NCBI RefSeq assembly: GCF_022846255.1
Contig: NZ_AP025682.1
Length of the DNA stretch: 64,000 nt
Origin: Escherichia coli
Lineage (GTDB): Bacteria; Pseudomonadota; Gammaproteobacteria; Enterobacterales; Enterobacteriaceae
Reading direction: 5' to 3' (one strand)
Positions 1-10,515 of this stretch are shown piece by piece. Position 1 is the first letter of the stretch. Every line of letters starts with the position of its first letter. The notes beneath the pieces were generated by a model, which did no database searches, had not been told where the DNA came from, and worked only from the letters and a program-made list of their open reading frames with translations. The translations under genes were made by a program, and so were the position numbers.

Positions 1-1228
1 CGAGCCCGAAGCCAACCTGGCACTCATTTCTGTACCGGGAGACTACGCCGCCGCCGAAGCAATTAAAGCGTTAAACCTCGGAATGAACGTGATGATGTTC
101 AGCGATAACGTCAGTATCGTGCAGGAAAAATCCATCAAAACGCTTGCCCGAGAACGTCAGCGCATCGTAATGGGACCTGACTGTGGAACCGCCATTGTTA
201 ACGGCATTCCGTTAGGCTTCGCTAATGTGGTGAAACGCGGAGCAATTGGTGTTATTGGCGCGTCAGGCACCGGGCTACAGGAAGTGACTTGCCGAATCGA
301 CCAGCTCGGAGCGGGTATTTCTCAGGCGTTGGGAACAGGCGGACATGATCTCAGTGAAGAGATTGGTGGAATATCGATGCTCTTCGCTTTAGATGCGCTG
401 GCGCAAGACGATGAAACTCGCGTGATTGTGCTTATTTCAAAACCGCCTTCACCGATCGTTGCCCGGACTATTCTGGAGCGTGCCGAGGCTTGTGGAAAAC
501 CCGTGGTGGTGAATTTCCTCGGTGCGAATCCGCATGATCTGGCACGTCCCAATATCACCGCGGCCACCACACTTGCCAGCGCCGCAAATATCGCCGTGGC
601 GTTACTGAATGATCAACCACTTCCGACTATCGAGACCGAAATTTCCTGCGACGATCTCACAATGTTACAAAACGCCTGCCAGCGCCTGCCAGCCCATCGC
701 CAGGCGATACGCGGTGTTTTCGCCGGAGGAACCTTCTGCTACGAAGCGCAACTTATCTGCCAACAAAAGGGATTCATCGCAGCCTCCAATACGCCAGTTG
801 CGGGTAATCGTGCTCTGGCAAATATCTGGCAAATCGAAGATCACACGTTGATCGATATGGGCGACGATGATTTCACCCGTGGCAAACCGCATCCAATGAT
901 CGACCCGACTCTGCGCAATCAACGTCTGCTCAACGAACTCAACGACTCACACACTGCCGTCGTGTTATTCGACCTGGTACTTGGTTATGGCGCTTCCACG
1001 ACGCCTGCCAGCGAATTACTGGACCAACTTTCACACATCGACATGAATAACGCACCGTTGCTGATTGCGCACGTTTGCGGAACGGAAGCTGATCCGCAAA
1101 TACGCAGTCAGCAGATAAGCGCACTACAAAATGCAGGGGTCATCATCGCCAGCAGCAATGCACAGGCGGCGCTATGGGCCAGCACCGTTGCACAGACTCA
1201 GTTGCAGAAAAAGGGGCTAAACGCATGA
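1..1228 (+). CDS. FdrA-like protein (CoA-binding, NDP-forming acyl-CoA synthetase-like), 5'-truncated by window edge
   Basis: ORF 83..1228 stays open in frame back to position 2; Gly-rich GxIGxSGTG motif; stop overlaps next start (ATGA at 1225-1228). Confidence 0.65.
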   Translation, partial: EPEANLALISVPGDYAAAEAIKALNLGMNVMMFSDNVSIVQEKSIKTLARERQRIVMGPDCGTAIVNGIPLGFANVVKRGAIGVIGASGTGLQEVTCRIDQLGAGISQALGTGGHDLSEEIGGISMLFALDALAQDDETRVIVLISKPPSPIVARTILERAEACGKPVVVNFLGANPHDLARPNITAATTLASAANIAVALLNDQPLPTIETEISCDDLTMLQNACQRLPAHRQAIRGVFAGGTFCYEAQLICQQKGFIAASNTPVAGNRALANIWQIEDHTLIDMGDDDFTRGKPHPMIDPTLRNQRLLNELNDSHTAVVLFDLVLGYGASTTPASELLDQLSHIDMNNAPLLIAHVCGTEADPQIRSQQISALQNAGVIIASSNAQAALWASTVAQTQLQKKGLNA

Positions 1229-2649
1229 ATACCTTATTTAATCAGCCTTTGAAGGTCGTGAACGCGGGACTACACAGTTTTGCTGACAATATTCAACATG
1301 CCGGGGGAAGCGCAATTGCACTCAACTGGCAGCCACCAGCACAAGGCGATATTGACGCTGGATTGGATCTGGCATCGTTGCTACGTCATCCCCTGGTAGA
1401 AAATGCCAACCAAATCGCCATGACACGTTATCTCGAAGCACAGCCCGTGCTGGTGGATGTCATGCTCGCTAAAGAGGCCATTCCAGCAATGGCTGAACAA
1501 AAACGTATTTTGCACTCTGGCCCGCCGATTGCCTGGGAAGAGATGTGTGGTCCGGTAAAAGGGGCGATTATTGGTGCCATGCTGTACGAAGGTTGGGCCA
1601 CCAGCCAGCAAGACGCTGAAAACCAAATAAACGCAGGCGAAATCGACCTTGCCCCTTGTCATCATTATCACGCGGTTGGCCCAATGGCAGGCATCATCAG
1701 CCCGTCGATGCCGTTATGGGTGGTAGAAAACAAAACCAACGGCCATCGTACTTTTAGCAATTTCAATGAAGGGCTGGGTAAGGTTCTCCGTTTTGGCGCC
1801 AATAACGATGAAGTTCTCAATCGTCTGGCCTGGATGCGCGATGAACTGGCGCCGGCAATGAAAGCAGCAATCGCACAACACGGCGAGCTGGAACTCAAGC
1901 CATTAATGGCGCAGGCGCTGCATATGGGGGATGAAGTTCATAACCGCAATGCTGCCGCTACCGGTTTGCTGATTAAGCGCCTGCTCCCGGCATTGCTGGC
2001 CTGCTCTCTTCCACAGGAACATATCCAGCGCGTCGTGGCATTTATCACCGGTAACGATCACTTCTTCCTCAATCTTTCGATGGCCGCCTGTAAAGCAATG
2101 ATGGATGCCGCCGCCAATGTACCGTTCAGTTCAATGGTTACGGTGATGGCGCGTAACGGGGTGAATTTTGGTATTCGGCTTTCCGGTACTGGCGATCGCT
2201 GGTTCCAGGCTCCTGCCAATGCCGTTGAAGGTCTGTTCTTCCCCGGATTTGGCGTCGACGATGCCGCTGCTGACCTGGGTGATAGCGCAATTACTGAAAC
2301 CGCAGGTGTGGGTGGCTTCGCGATGGCGTCATCTCCAGCGATCGTCAAATTTGTGGGAGGCACCCCTGCCGATGCCACCAATAACAGCCGTAGGATGCAA
2401 GCAATCACCCTCGGTGGTAACCCCGCATTTACACTTCCTGCCCTCAATTTTGCCCCCACCGCAGCAGGGATTGATGCGCGTAAAGTGACCGATCGCGGCA
2501 TTTTACCGGTCATCAATACGGGTATCGCCCACAAACAAGCGGGGGTCGGGCAAATTGGTGCCGGGATCACCACTGCGCCGATGGCCTGTTTTGTCGCCGC
2601 TGTACGTGCACTGGCGGAGATCGTCGCAAAGGAGAACCATCATGGTTAA
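1225..2649 (+). CDS. DUF1116 family protein (YlbE/YahG-like)
   Basis: ATG at 1225 preceded by AAAAAGGGG; ORF-track product resembles E. coli YahG/YlbE; translationally coupled to neighbours. Confidence 0.7.
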   Translation: MNTLFNQPLKVVNAGLHSFADNIQHAGGSAIALNWQPPAQGDIDAGLDLASLLRHPLVENANQIAMTRYLEAQPVLVDVMLAKEAIPAMAEQKRILHSGPPIAWEEMCGPVKGAIIGAMLYEGWATSQQDAENQINAGEIDLAPCHHYHAVGPMAGIISPSMPLWVVENKTNGHRTFSNFNEGLGKVLRFGANNDEVLNRLAWMRDELAPAMKAAIAQHGELELKPLMAQALHMGDEVHNRNAAATGLLIKRLLPALLACSLPQEHIQRVVAFITGNDHFFLNLSMAACKAMMDAAANVPFSSMVTVMARNGVNFGIRLSGTGDRWFQAPANAVEGLFFPGFGVDDAAADLGDSAITETAGVGGFAMASSPAIVKFVGGTPADATNNSRRMQAITLGGNPAFTLPALNFAPTAAGIDARKVTDRGILPVINTGIAHKQAGVGQIGAGITTAPMACFVAAVRALAEIVAKENHHG

Positions 2650-3598
2650 GCCACTGGCTGTCGTCGCGGTTGGCGGCAATGCGCTCATTCAGGACGAGCA
2701 ACGCAATAGTATTCCCGATCAATATGTTGCAGTGATGGAAAGCGTGCAACATATCGTTGATATGGTTGAAGCCGGATGGGACCTGGTACTAACCCACGGT
2801 AATGGCCCGCAGGTGGGCTTTATTCTGCGCCGCTCTGAACTCGCCAGTAACGAAGTTTCTCCGGTTCCACTTGATTACGCCGTGGGTGATACACAAGGTG
2901 CAATTGGCTACATGTTCCAGAAAGCGCTGCATAACGAATTGGCTCGCCGTGGCATAAACAAACCGGTAATTGCCCTGGTGACACAAACGCGAGTCAGCCC
3001 ACATGACGATGCTTTCGCCAGCCCCAGTAAACCAATTGGCGCGTTTCTCGATGAAGCAACGGCCCAACAACGCCAACAACAACTCGGCTGGACGCTGATG
3101 GAGGACGCCGGGCGTGGTTGGCGGCGTACAGTTCCCTCTCCTGCACCACTGGAAATTATTGAGCACGACACCATCGCTCACCTGGTGCGCCAGGGATATC
3201 TGGTTATTGCCTGCGGCGGCGGCGGTATTCCGGTGGTGCGAGACGGGCAACAACTGAAAGGTGTGGAAGCCGTGATCGATAAAGATCTGGCCTCCGCGCT
3301 GCTCGCCAGTCAGTTAGGCGCAGATCTGCTGGTGATCCCCACCGGTGTAGAAAAAGTAGCGATTAACTTTGGTACACCACAACAACAGTGGCTCGACGCT
3401 ATCAGCGTTGCCGAAGCGCAAACGCTGTTGCGGGAAGGTCAGTTTGGTGTCGGCAGTATGCAACCCAAAGTGGAAGCCATTGTTGATTTCATCAATGCCA
3501 GCCAGCAACAAGGCAAACAGGCCAGCGGCCTGATTACTTCACCGCAAACCATAAAAGCAGCCCTGGCGCATCAGAGCGGTACATGGATAACCCTTTAA
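2642..3598 (+). CDS. carbamate kinase (ArcC/YahI/YqeA-like paralog)
   Basis: MVKPLAVVAVGGNALI N-terminus, THGNGPQVG and CGGGGIPVV motifs typical of carbamate kinase; ATG 2642 overlaps upstream stop by 8 nt. Confidence 0.85.
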   Translation: MVKPLAVVAVGGNALIQDEQRNSIPDQYVAVMESVQHIVDMVEAGWDLVLTHGNGPQVGFILRRSELASNEVSPVPLDYAVGDTQGAIGYMFQKALHNELARRGINKPVIALVTQTRVSPHDDAFASPSKPIGAFLDEATAQQRQQQLGWTLMEDAGRGWRRTVPSPAPLEIIEHDTIAHLVRQGYLVIACGGGGIPVVRDGQQLKGVEAVIDKDLASALLASQLGADLLVIPTGVEKVAINFGTPQQQWLDAISVAEAQTLLREGQFGVGSMQPKVEAIVDFINASQQQGKQASGLITSPQTIKAALAHQSGTWITL

Positions 3599-3614
3599 TT
3601 CTCTGGAGAACACA

Positions 3615-4004
3615 ATGACTACAACGCTTTTAGCCGTTAACGGAACGCTGATGCGCGGCCTGGAACTCAACCCAAATATGCAAAAAGCGGGCGGTATTTT
3701 TGTCCGTGAAGACCGAACTGACGCCCATTACCGGTTGTGGAGTATTAATGATCGCCATCCGGGAATGATTCGCGTGAATGAAGGAGGAACACACGTCGAC
3801 GTAGAAATTTGGCAATTACCGCTGGCCAGTTTTGCCGCTCTGTTAATGAGCGAACCCGCTGGGCTGGCAATTGGCAAAATCAAACTTGCCGATGGTAGCG
3901 AAGTGCTGGGCGTACTGGCAGAAAACTGGCTGACCGAAGGCCAACGGGAAATTACAGAACTGGGTAGCTGGCGCAAATACACCGGGCATTTTCATACTGT
4001 GTAA
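3615..4004 (+). CDS. small hypothetical protein, possibly gamma-glutamyl-cyclotransferase-like fold
   Basis: 129-aa ORF with GGAGA Shine-Dalgarno 8 nt upstream; weak resemblance to AIG2/GGCT-like N-terminus; in operon context. Confidence 0.45.
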   Translation: MTTTLLAVNGTLMRGLELNPNMQKAGGIFVREDRTDAHYRLWSINDRHPGMIRVNEGGTHVDVEIWQLPLASFAALLMSEPAGLAIGKIKLADGSEVLGVLAENWLTEGQREITELGSWRKYTGHFHTV

Positions 4005-4029
4005 CGCGCATTTATAAAGGGAACATACT

Positions 4030-5253
4030 ATGCGTAAAAAAGAAGAGAATCTGAATACGGCATCAGGATTGCGTATTGCCATGATTTTGCTGGGTATTGC
4101 CGTCACACCTGTGCTGTTGTCATCCTCAAGCCTCGGCAATCAACTTTCCAGCGGCAGTTTAATTAGCGTCGTATTGTTAGGCGGCGTCATTCTGACCTTA
4201 CTTTCAGCCATCACCATTAGCGTGGGAGAAAAAGCCCGCCTGCCAACGTATGGCATTGTGAAATATTCGTTTGGCGAAAAAGGGGCCATCGCCATTAACA
4301 TTTTGATGGCGATAAGTCTGTTCGGCTGGATTGCCGTTACCGCCAATATGTTTGGTCATTCGGTACATGACTTACTGGCTCAACATGGACTGGAAGTTCC
4401 ACTGGCACTGTTAGTGGCGGCTGGCTGTGTCATTTTTGTCGCCTCTACGGCATTTGGCTTTGCCGTTCTGGGAAAAATTGCCCAGGTTGCCGTGCCGGTT
4501 ATCGCGCTGGTGCTGTGTTACATCCTCTATGTGGCAACCCATACCGAAGTGGCAGTACCAGCGGCGATTGTGGAGATGAATACAGGTGTCGCCGTTTCCA
4601 CCGTTGTTGGCACCATTATTGTGCTGGTTGCCACACTGCCTGATTTCGGTAGTTTTGTGCATAACCGCAAACATGCGCTGATTGCCGCAGGCGTGACGTT
4701 TCTGGTTGCCTACCCTCTGCTCTACTGGGCGGGTGCAACGCCGAGCGCCATTAGTGGTCAGGGATCTTTACTGGGTGCGATGGCGGTATTCGGTGCGGTT
4801 CTGCCTGCGGCGCTGTTGTTGATTTTCGCCTGCGTCACCGGTAACGCGGGCAATATGTTCCAGGGCACGCTGGTGGTTTCCACACTGCTTACCCGCTTTC
4901 CCAAATGGCAGATTACCGTGGCGCTGGGTATCCTTTCCGCCATCGTAGGCAGTATGGATATTATGGCGTGGTTTATTCCGTTTCTGCTGTTCCTGGGTAT
5001 CGCCACGCCACCCGTTGCCGGAATTTATATCGCTGACTTTTTCCTTTATCGCCGTAATGGCTATCAAGAGTCAGTGTTAGCCCAGGAGTCACAGATTAAA
5101 GTGCTGACATTCGCAGCATGGATCATAGGCGCAGCGGTTGGCTTTATGACCGTAAAAGGCTTATTCACCCTGACGACGATCCCTTCGGTAGACTCGATTC
5201 TGGTGGCATGTATCGCGTATGCGATTCTCAGTCGGGCAAGTCAACACCGCTAA
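4030..5253 (+). CDS. NCS1-family permease (cytosine/purine/allantoin permease-like)
   Basis: 407-aa polytopic membrane protein with CodB-like sequence; AAGGGA Shine-Dalgarno. Confidence 0.75.
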   Translation: MRKKEENLNTASGLRIAMILLGIAVTPVLLSSSSLGNQLSSGSLISVVLLGGVILTLLSAITISVGEKARLPTYGIVKYSFGEKGAIAINILMAISLFGWIAVTANMFGHSVHDLLAQHGLEVPLALLVAAGCVIFVASTAFGFAVLGKIAQVAVPVIALVLCYILYVATHTEVAVPAAIVEMNTGVAVSTVVGTIIVLVATLPDFGSFVHNRKHALIAAGVTFLVAYPLLYWAGATPSAISGQGSLLGAMAVFGAVLPAALLLIFACVTGNAGNMFQGTLVVSTLLTRFPKWQITVALGILSAIVGSMDIMAWFIPFLLFLGIATPPVAGIYIADFFLYRRNGYQESVLAQESQIKVLTFAAWIIGAAVGFMTVKGLFTLTTIPSVDSILVACIAYAILSRASQHR

Positions 5254-5330
5254 TTCCTGGGTATACTCAGGCAATGATTACGGCTGAATCTGGAGAGATT
5301 CAGCCACTTTACCACTGACCAGGGAGCCTT

Positions 5331-6227
5331 ATGTTCATCTCAGACGAAACGCTTCGTGTTATTCATCTGGTCGCCAGACACCAGAGCATTACCACCGCAG
5401 CCGAGCAGTTAAATAAAGTCCCTTCCGCCATCAGTTACACCATCAAGAAAGCGGAAGAGAGCCTGGGCGTTGAACTGTTCATTCGTAAGGGACGCTATAT
5501 TGAATTATCGCCAGCGGGAAGTTACTTCATCGAACATAGCAAAACTATTCTTGGCGACCTGGAAGCATTAAAGCGCAACACAGTGCTGATTCACGATGGT
5601 ATTGAGCGTGAACTGACAATAGCGGTAAACAATATTATTCCTGGTGATTTGCTGGTGGCATTTATTCGAGATTTTGAACGGCAATTCACATCAACAACAC
5701 TGACGGTAGATCTTGAGGTATACAACGGCTGCTGGGATGCGCTGTACAGTAAGCGTGCTGATCTGGTCTACGGTGCTCCTCATGCAGTACCAAGCAGTGA
5801 AGGCATCATTAGCGAACCGGTCGGACAAATGGAATGGGATTTTGTCGTCAGCCCACTCCACCCACTGGCAGCGAAGCGGCATCCATTAGAAAACAGTGAA
5901 TTGCGTCATTATCCAGCGGTTTGTATCCGCGATACCTCCGTTAACTTCCCCCCGATGCAAGCCTGGTTGTTGGAAGGACAAAAACCCATTTTTGTTCCTG
6001 ACTTCGCTACGGCAATCGCCTTAATAGAACAAAACGTCGGTATTGGTTATATTCCACATCATCTGGCATTGCCGTTATTGAACAGCGGTAAATTGCTTAA
6101 AAAGCCAATGCGCGAACATAAACACGCCACCAAGTTATTTCTTGCCGCTCGTTCCGATGGTATGGGCAAAGCCTGTCAGTGGTGCATAGAATATTTAAGA
6201 AATCCGCAATTAATTTTCTGTTCCTGA
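5331..6227 (+). CDS. LysR-family transcriptional regulator
   Basis: N-terminal helix-turn-helix (ITTAAEQLNKVPSAISYTIKKAEESLGVELF) and LysR substrate-binding domain length. Confidence 0.85.
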   Translation: MFISDETLRVIHLVARHQSITTAAEQLNKVPSAISYTIKKAEESLGVELFIRKGRYIELSPAGSYFIEHSKTILGDLEALKRNTVLIHDGIERELTIAVNNIIPGDLLVAFIRDFERQFTSTTLTVDLEVYNGCWDALYSKRADLVYGAPHAVPSSEGIISEPVGQMEWDFVVSPLHPLAAKRHPLENSELRHYPAVCIRDTSVNFPPMQAWLLEGQKPIFVPDFATAIALIEQNVGIGYIPHHLALPLLNSGKLLKKPMREHKHATKLFLAARSDGMGKACQWCIEYLRNPQLIFCS

Positions 6228-6256
6228 AGATCCACATCATACCTGGCATACATAGC

Positions 6257-6286
6257 AAAATGGCTTCCGGTGTTGGAAGCCATTAT
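6257..6286. terminator. bidirectional hairpin between LysR gene and metE 3' ends
   Basis: 10-bp perfect inverted repeat AATGGCTTCC / GGAAGCCATT with 6-nt loop, A-run on one side and T-rich on the other. Confidence 0.45.
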
Positions 6287-6320
6287 TGTGCTGCAATTTA
6301 CAATGACTCGTTAATACTCA

Positions 6321-8582
6321 TCATCCCCGACGCAAATTCTGCGCCGCCTGCACCATGTTCGCCAGTGCCGCGCGGGTTTCTGGCCAGCCGCGCGTTTTCA
6401 GGCCACAGTCCGGGTTGACCCACAGACGCTCTGCCGGAATGCGTTTTGCCGCTTTCTTCAGCAAGGCTTCAATCCATTCCACGCTCGGTACGTTTGGCGA
6501 GTGAATGTCATAGACGCCAGGACCGATTTCATTTGGATAATCAAACTCTTCAAACGACTCCAGCAACTCCATGTCGGAACGCGAGGTTTCGATGGTGATG
6601 ACGTCTGCGTCCAGCGCCGCAATCGAATCCATGATGTCGTTGAACTCGCAGTAACACATGTGAGTGTGGATTTGTGTGTCATCTTTCGCCACGGCGGCGT
6701 TGATACGGAAAGCCTCCACGCCCCACTGGAGATAGGCATCCCAGTCGCTGCGACGCAGTGGTAAACCTTCGCGCAATGCCGGTTCGTCAATCTGAATGAT
6801 GCCAATTCCAGCGGCTTCCAGGTCCGCCACTTCATCACGCAGCGCCAGCGCAATTTGTTTGGCGATGGTTTCACGGCTGACATCTTCACGCGGGAACGAC
6901 CAGCAGAGAATAGTCACCGGGCCGGTCAACATCCCTTTCACCGGTTTATCAGTCAGGGATTGCGCATATTTTGCCCACTCCACGGTAATCGGTGCCGGGC
7001 GGCTAACGTCACCAATAACAATCGGTGGCTTCACGCAGCGGGAACCGTAGCTCTGTACCCAACCGTTTTGCGTAAAGACAAAGCCATCCAGATGCTCGCC
7101 AAAGTATTCCACCATGTCATTACGCTCGGCCTCGCCATGTACCAGCACATCCAGTCCCAAACGTTCCTGCTCAACAATGGCCTGCTTGATATGTTCCGCA
7201 ATGCCCGTGCGGTAGTTATTGGCGTCGAGATTACCCTTTTTGAAATCCAGACGCAGGGTACGAATCTCCGTGGTTTGCGGGAAGGAACCAATCGTGGTGG
7301 TCGGCCACGCGGGCAGTTTAAAACGCGCACGCTGGGCTTCAGCACGCACTTCATAGACATTCGCACGCTGACTGTCCTGAGCGGTGATCGCCGCCAGACG
7401 CTTTTCTACTGCCGGATTATGTACACGAGTAGAGTGACGACGCGCCTGAATCGGAGCGCTCCACTCTGCCAGAGCTGCCGTATCACCACTGTTCAGCGTA
7501 TCGCGCAGCAATGCCAGTTCATGACATTTTTGCAGGGCGAAGGCAAACCAGCTTTTCACTTCTGCATCAAGACGCGTTTCCACGCTCAGGTCGATGGGGC
7601 TGTGCAGCAACGAGCAGGAAGATGCCACCCACAAATCGCGTTTGCCGACAATGTCCTTAATTTGCGCATATTTCTCGGTAAGATCGGCGCGCCAGACGTT
7701 ACGACCATTGATAAGACCCGCAGACAGCAGCCAGTCAGAAGGCAGACGCTTGTGCAGTTCAGCAACGTCATCTTTACCATGTACGAGATCGACATGCAGA
7801 CCCTGAACAGGCAGCGCAGTAATCGTGTCGAGGTTTGGCGTTACGCCTTCAAAATAGGTAGTCAGCAGCAGTTTCACCTGCCCCTGCAGAGCATCGTAAG
7901 CGGGTTTGTACGCATCCAGCCACGCCTGCGGCAGTTCCAGAACCAGCGCGGGTTCATCAATCTGTACCCACTCGATGCCGCGTTTTGCCAGTTCTGCCAG
8001 CACTTGCTGATAAACCGGCAGAATGTCGTTCAGCAGGCTCAGGCGATCAAACTGTTCACCTTTCACTTTACCCAGCCACAGGTAGGTAACCGGCCCCAGC
8101 AGCACAGGTTTCACCTTGTGGCCCAGCGCCAGCGCCTCGTCCACTTCCTCCAGCAGCTGCGTCCAGGTCAGTTTGAACTGTTGGCCTTTAACGAACTCCG
8201 GCACCATGTAGTGATAGTTGGTGTTAAACCATTTGGTCATTTCCGCTGCCGCCGCAGGTTCGCCAGTCGGTGCACGTCCACGACCAATACGGAACAGGGT
8301 GTCGATATCTACCGAACCATCTTTGTTCTGGTGACGCGCCGGAACGTTACCCAGCAGCAGGCTGGTGGTCAGGACATGATCGTACCAGGCAAAATCACCC
8401 ACCGGCAGCAGGTCGATACCTGCTTGCTTTTGTTGATCCCAGTGACGAGCACGCAGTTCACGCCCTACCGCCAGCAGTTCTTCACGCGTGGAGTTCCCCG
8501 CCCAATAACTCTCTTGCGCTTTTTTCAGCTCGCGACGCAGGCCAACGCGAGGGAAACCGAGGGTGTGATTAAGAATTGTCAT
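6321..8582 (-). CDS. metE: cobalamin-independent methionine synthase
   Basis: 753-aa product matching E. coli MetE ([29 protein letters not shown]...). Confidence 0.97.
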   Translation of the reverse strand: MTILNHTLGFPRVGLRRELKKAQESYWAGNSTREELLAVGRELRARHWDQQKQAGIDLLPVGDFAWYDHVLTTSLLLGNVPARHQNKDGSVDIDTLFRIGRGRAPTGEPAAAAEMTKWFNTNYHYMVPEFVKGQQFKLTWTQLLEEVDEALALGHKVKPVLLGPVTYLWLGKVKGEQFDRLSLLNDILPVYQQVLAELAKRGIEWVQIDEPALVLELPQAWLDAYKPAYDALQGQVKLLLTTYFEGVTPNLDTITALPVQGLHVDLVHGKDDVAELHKRLPSDWLLSAGLINGRNVWRADLTEKYAQIKDIVGKRDLWVASSCSLLHSPIDLSVETRLDAEVKSWFAFALQKCHELALLRDTLNSGDTAALAEWSAPIQARRHSTRVHNPAVEKRLAAITAQDSQRANVYEVRAEAQRARFKLPAWPTTTIGSFPQTTEIRTLRLDFKKGNLDANNYRTGIAEHIKQAIVEQERLGLDVLVHGEAERNDMVEYFGEHLDGFVFTQNGWVQSYGSRCVKPPIVIGDVSRPAPITVEWAKYAQSLTDKPVKGMLTGPVTILCWSFPREDVSRETIAKQIALALRDEVADLEAAGIGIIQIDEPALREGLPLRRSDWDAYLQWGVEAFRINAAVAKDDTQIHTHMCYCEFNDIMDSIAALDADVITIETSRSDMELLESFEEFDYPNEIGPGVYDIHSPNVPSVEWIEALLKKAAKRIPAERLWVNPDCGLKTRGWPETRAALANMVQAAQNLRRG

Positions 8583-8687
8583 TATATGCCCCTTATGGAA
8601 TTTTTAGTATTTAGCCGTCCAGATGTTTACACATCCATAATTGGCGGTTACTGTATATTCCTCAAGCGCAAATTATTCATGCCGAAG

Positions 8688-8700
8688 TGAAGGACTTTCA
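8688..8700. promoter_or_regulatory. candidate MetR box (TGAA-N5-TTCA) in the metE-metR divergent control region
   Basis: TGAAGGACTTTCA matches the MetR consensus as I recall it; adjacent degenerate tandem met-box-like octamers at 8621-8636. Confidence 0.35.
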
Positions 8701-9653
8701 TGATCGAAGTAAAACACCTGAAAACGCTACAAGCGTTGCGGAACTGCGGCTCACTCGCAGCCGCTGCGGCGACGTTGCATCAAACGCAATCCGCCCTGTC
8801 TCACCAGTTTAGCGATCTGGAACAACGCCTTGGCTTCCGGCTATTTGTGCGTAAGAGCCAGCCGCTACGCTTTACACCGCAGGGAGAAATCCTGTTGCAA
8901 CTGGCAAACCAGGTACTGCCGCAAATTAGCCAGGCACTGCAAGCCTGCAATGAACCGCAGCAGACGCGTCTGCGCATTGCCATAGAGTGCCATAGCTGTA
9001 TTCAGTGGCTGACGCCCGCATTAGAAAGTTTCCATAAGAACTGGCCGCAGGTGGAGATGGATTTTAAATCGGGCGTAACGTTTGATCCGCAGCCTGCGTT
9101 GCAACAGGGCGAGCTGGATCTGGTGATGACGTCCGATATTCTGCCGCGCAGTGGCCTGCATTATTCGCCGATGTTCGACTATGAAGTGCGTCTGGTGTTA
9201 GCACCTGACCATCCACTGGCGGCAAAAACGCGTATTACACCGGAAGATCTCGCCAGCGAAACGCTGTTGATTTATCCGGTGCAGCGTAGCCGACTGGATG
9301 TCTGGAGGCATTTTCTTCAGCCAGCAGGCGTCAGCCCGTCACTGAAAAGCGTCGATAACACCTTATTGTTGATTCAGATGGTTGCCGCACGGATGGGTAT
9401 TGCCGCACTACCGCATTGGGTGGTGGAGAGTTTTGAACGCCAGGGTCTGGTGGTCACCAAAACCCTGGGCGAAGGCTTGTGGAGCCGACTGTACGCCGCC
9501 GTGCGCGATGGCGAGCAGCGTCAGCCGATTACAGAAGCGTTTATTCGTTCAGCGCGCAATCACGCCTGCGATCATCTGCCGTTTGTGAAGAGCGCGGAGC
9601 GACCCACTTACGATGCACCCACAGTGAGGCCAGGATCACCAGCGCGCCTGTAA
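8700..9653 (+). CDS. metR: LysR-family methionine regulator MetR
   Basis: 317-aa product matching MetR ([45 protein letters not shown]...). Confidence 0.95.
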   Translation: MIEVKHLKTLQALRNCGSLAAAAATLHQTQSALSHQFSDLEQRLGFRLFVRKSQPLRFTPQGEILLQLANQVLPQISQALQACNEPQQTRLRIAIECHSCIQWLTPALESFHKNWPQVEMDFKSGVTFDPQPALQQGELDLVMTSDILPRSGLHYSPMFDYEVRLVLAPDHPLAAKTRITPEDLASETLLIYPVQRSRLDVWRHFLQPAGVSPSLKSVDNTLLLIQMVAARMGIAALPHWVVESFERQGLVVTKTLGEGLWSRLYAAVRDGEQRQPITEAFIRSARNHACDHLPFVKSAERPTYDAPTVRPGSPARL

Positions 9654-10440
9654 TAAACGTTGGCCAGTGCGGCTGTTGGTGCCAGATAGCCAGGTTTACC
9701 AGCAGCCCTGCCGGAACGTGCATATTATTCATAATGCCCAGCGTTCCGGCGTCCACCTGCGTCGCGCCGTAGTTCCACATAAAGTAGCCAATCCCGGAAG
9801 CCACCACGCCAAGAAACACCAGAATGCCCCATTGCAACGTGGTTTGCGGCATTTTCTGCGCATTTCCCAGCAAGAACCATGCAATCACTGCCACCAGGAA
9901 CGCGCCAAGATAGAACCACGCAAAGGCGTTATGCTGCGGCATCGGGCGAGTTTCCATCAGACGTTTGTAACCCACCATGCCGATGGCAAAAGTGATATTG
10001 GAGAGTTGCACCAGCAATAAGCCAGTCCAGAAATGGTCGGTGACCTGATCATAGCGAATAATCCCGGCACCAATCACCGCCAACAAGGCGCTAAAAGCAT
10101 AGCCCCAGCGCAGACGGCGCTTACTCATGATGTCATAAATCAGCGTGATGTAGAGCGGCGTCAGTACGGTGAACAGCAACAGTTCGGAGACCGTCAGGTA
10201 GAGATAGGCGCGGAAACTCAGCATATACATCACACCGAGCTGCATCGCGCCCACCAGCATACACAGGCCAACCGTTTTCAGGCTATTGCCACGGGTGCGC
10301 AGAAACGGCAGAAAAACGAGTGCCGCCAGACCAACGCGCACCAGCACCGCAAAATAGCTATCGACGTGCCCCGCAAGGTACTCGCCATAAAAGCTAAAGG
10401 AGAAGGCCCACAGAATCGTGGTGATGATAAGTAGCGCCAC
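9541..10440 (-). CDS. yigM: EamA/DMT-family inner membrane transporter YigM (biotin transporter BioP)
   Basis: ORF 9541..10515; start placed at in-frame GTG giving about 299 aa as I recall for K-12; 3' end overlaps metR 3' end convergently. Confidence 0.8.
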   Translation of the reverse strand: MALLIITTILWAFSFSFYGEYLAGHVDSYFAVLVRVGLAALVFLPFLRTRGNSLKTVGLCMLVGAMQLGVMYMLSFRAYLYLTVSELLLFTVLTPLYITLIYDIMSKRRLRWGYAFSALLAVIGAGIIRYDQVTDHFWTGLLLVQLSNITFAIGMVGYKRLMETRPMPQHNAFAWFYLGAFLVAVIAWFLLGNAQKMPQTTLQWGILVFLGVVASGIGYFMWNYGATQVDAGTLGIMNNMHVPAGLLVNLAIWHQQPHWPTFITGALVILASLWVHRKWVAPRSSQTADDRRRDCALNE

Positions 10441-10515
10441 AATGGAAAACTCTTTGATTAACGAGTATCCATTGTAGCGAAGTATCAGGTTGACAACTGA
10501 CCAAATAAAGAACAA

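Noticed and set aside
3615-4004. Assigning the 129-aa protein as the DUF2877 (YlbF/YahE-like) partner of FdrA and DUF1116
   Set aside because: Too short (DUF2877 proteins are about 270-290 aa as I recall) and no motif resemblance. Left as a hypothetical small protein with only a tentative GGCT-like note.
6855-8690. 611-aa ORF on the plus strand antisense to metE
   Set aside because: It lies entirely within metE on the opposite strand, and the metE frame encodes an unmistakable MetE protein. Long antisense ORFs are common in GC-rich coding DNA. No ribosome-binding site or recognisable domain.
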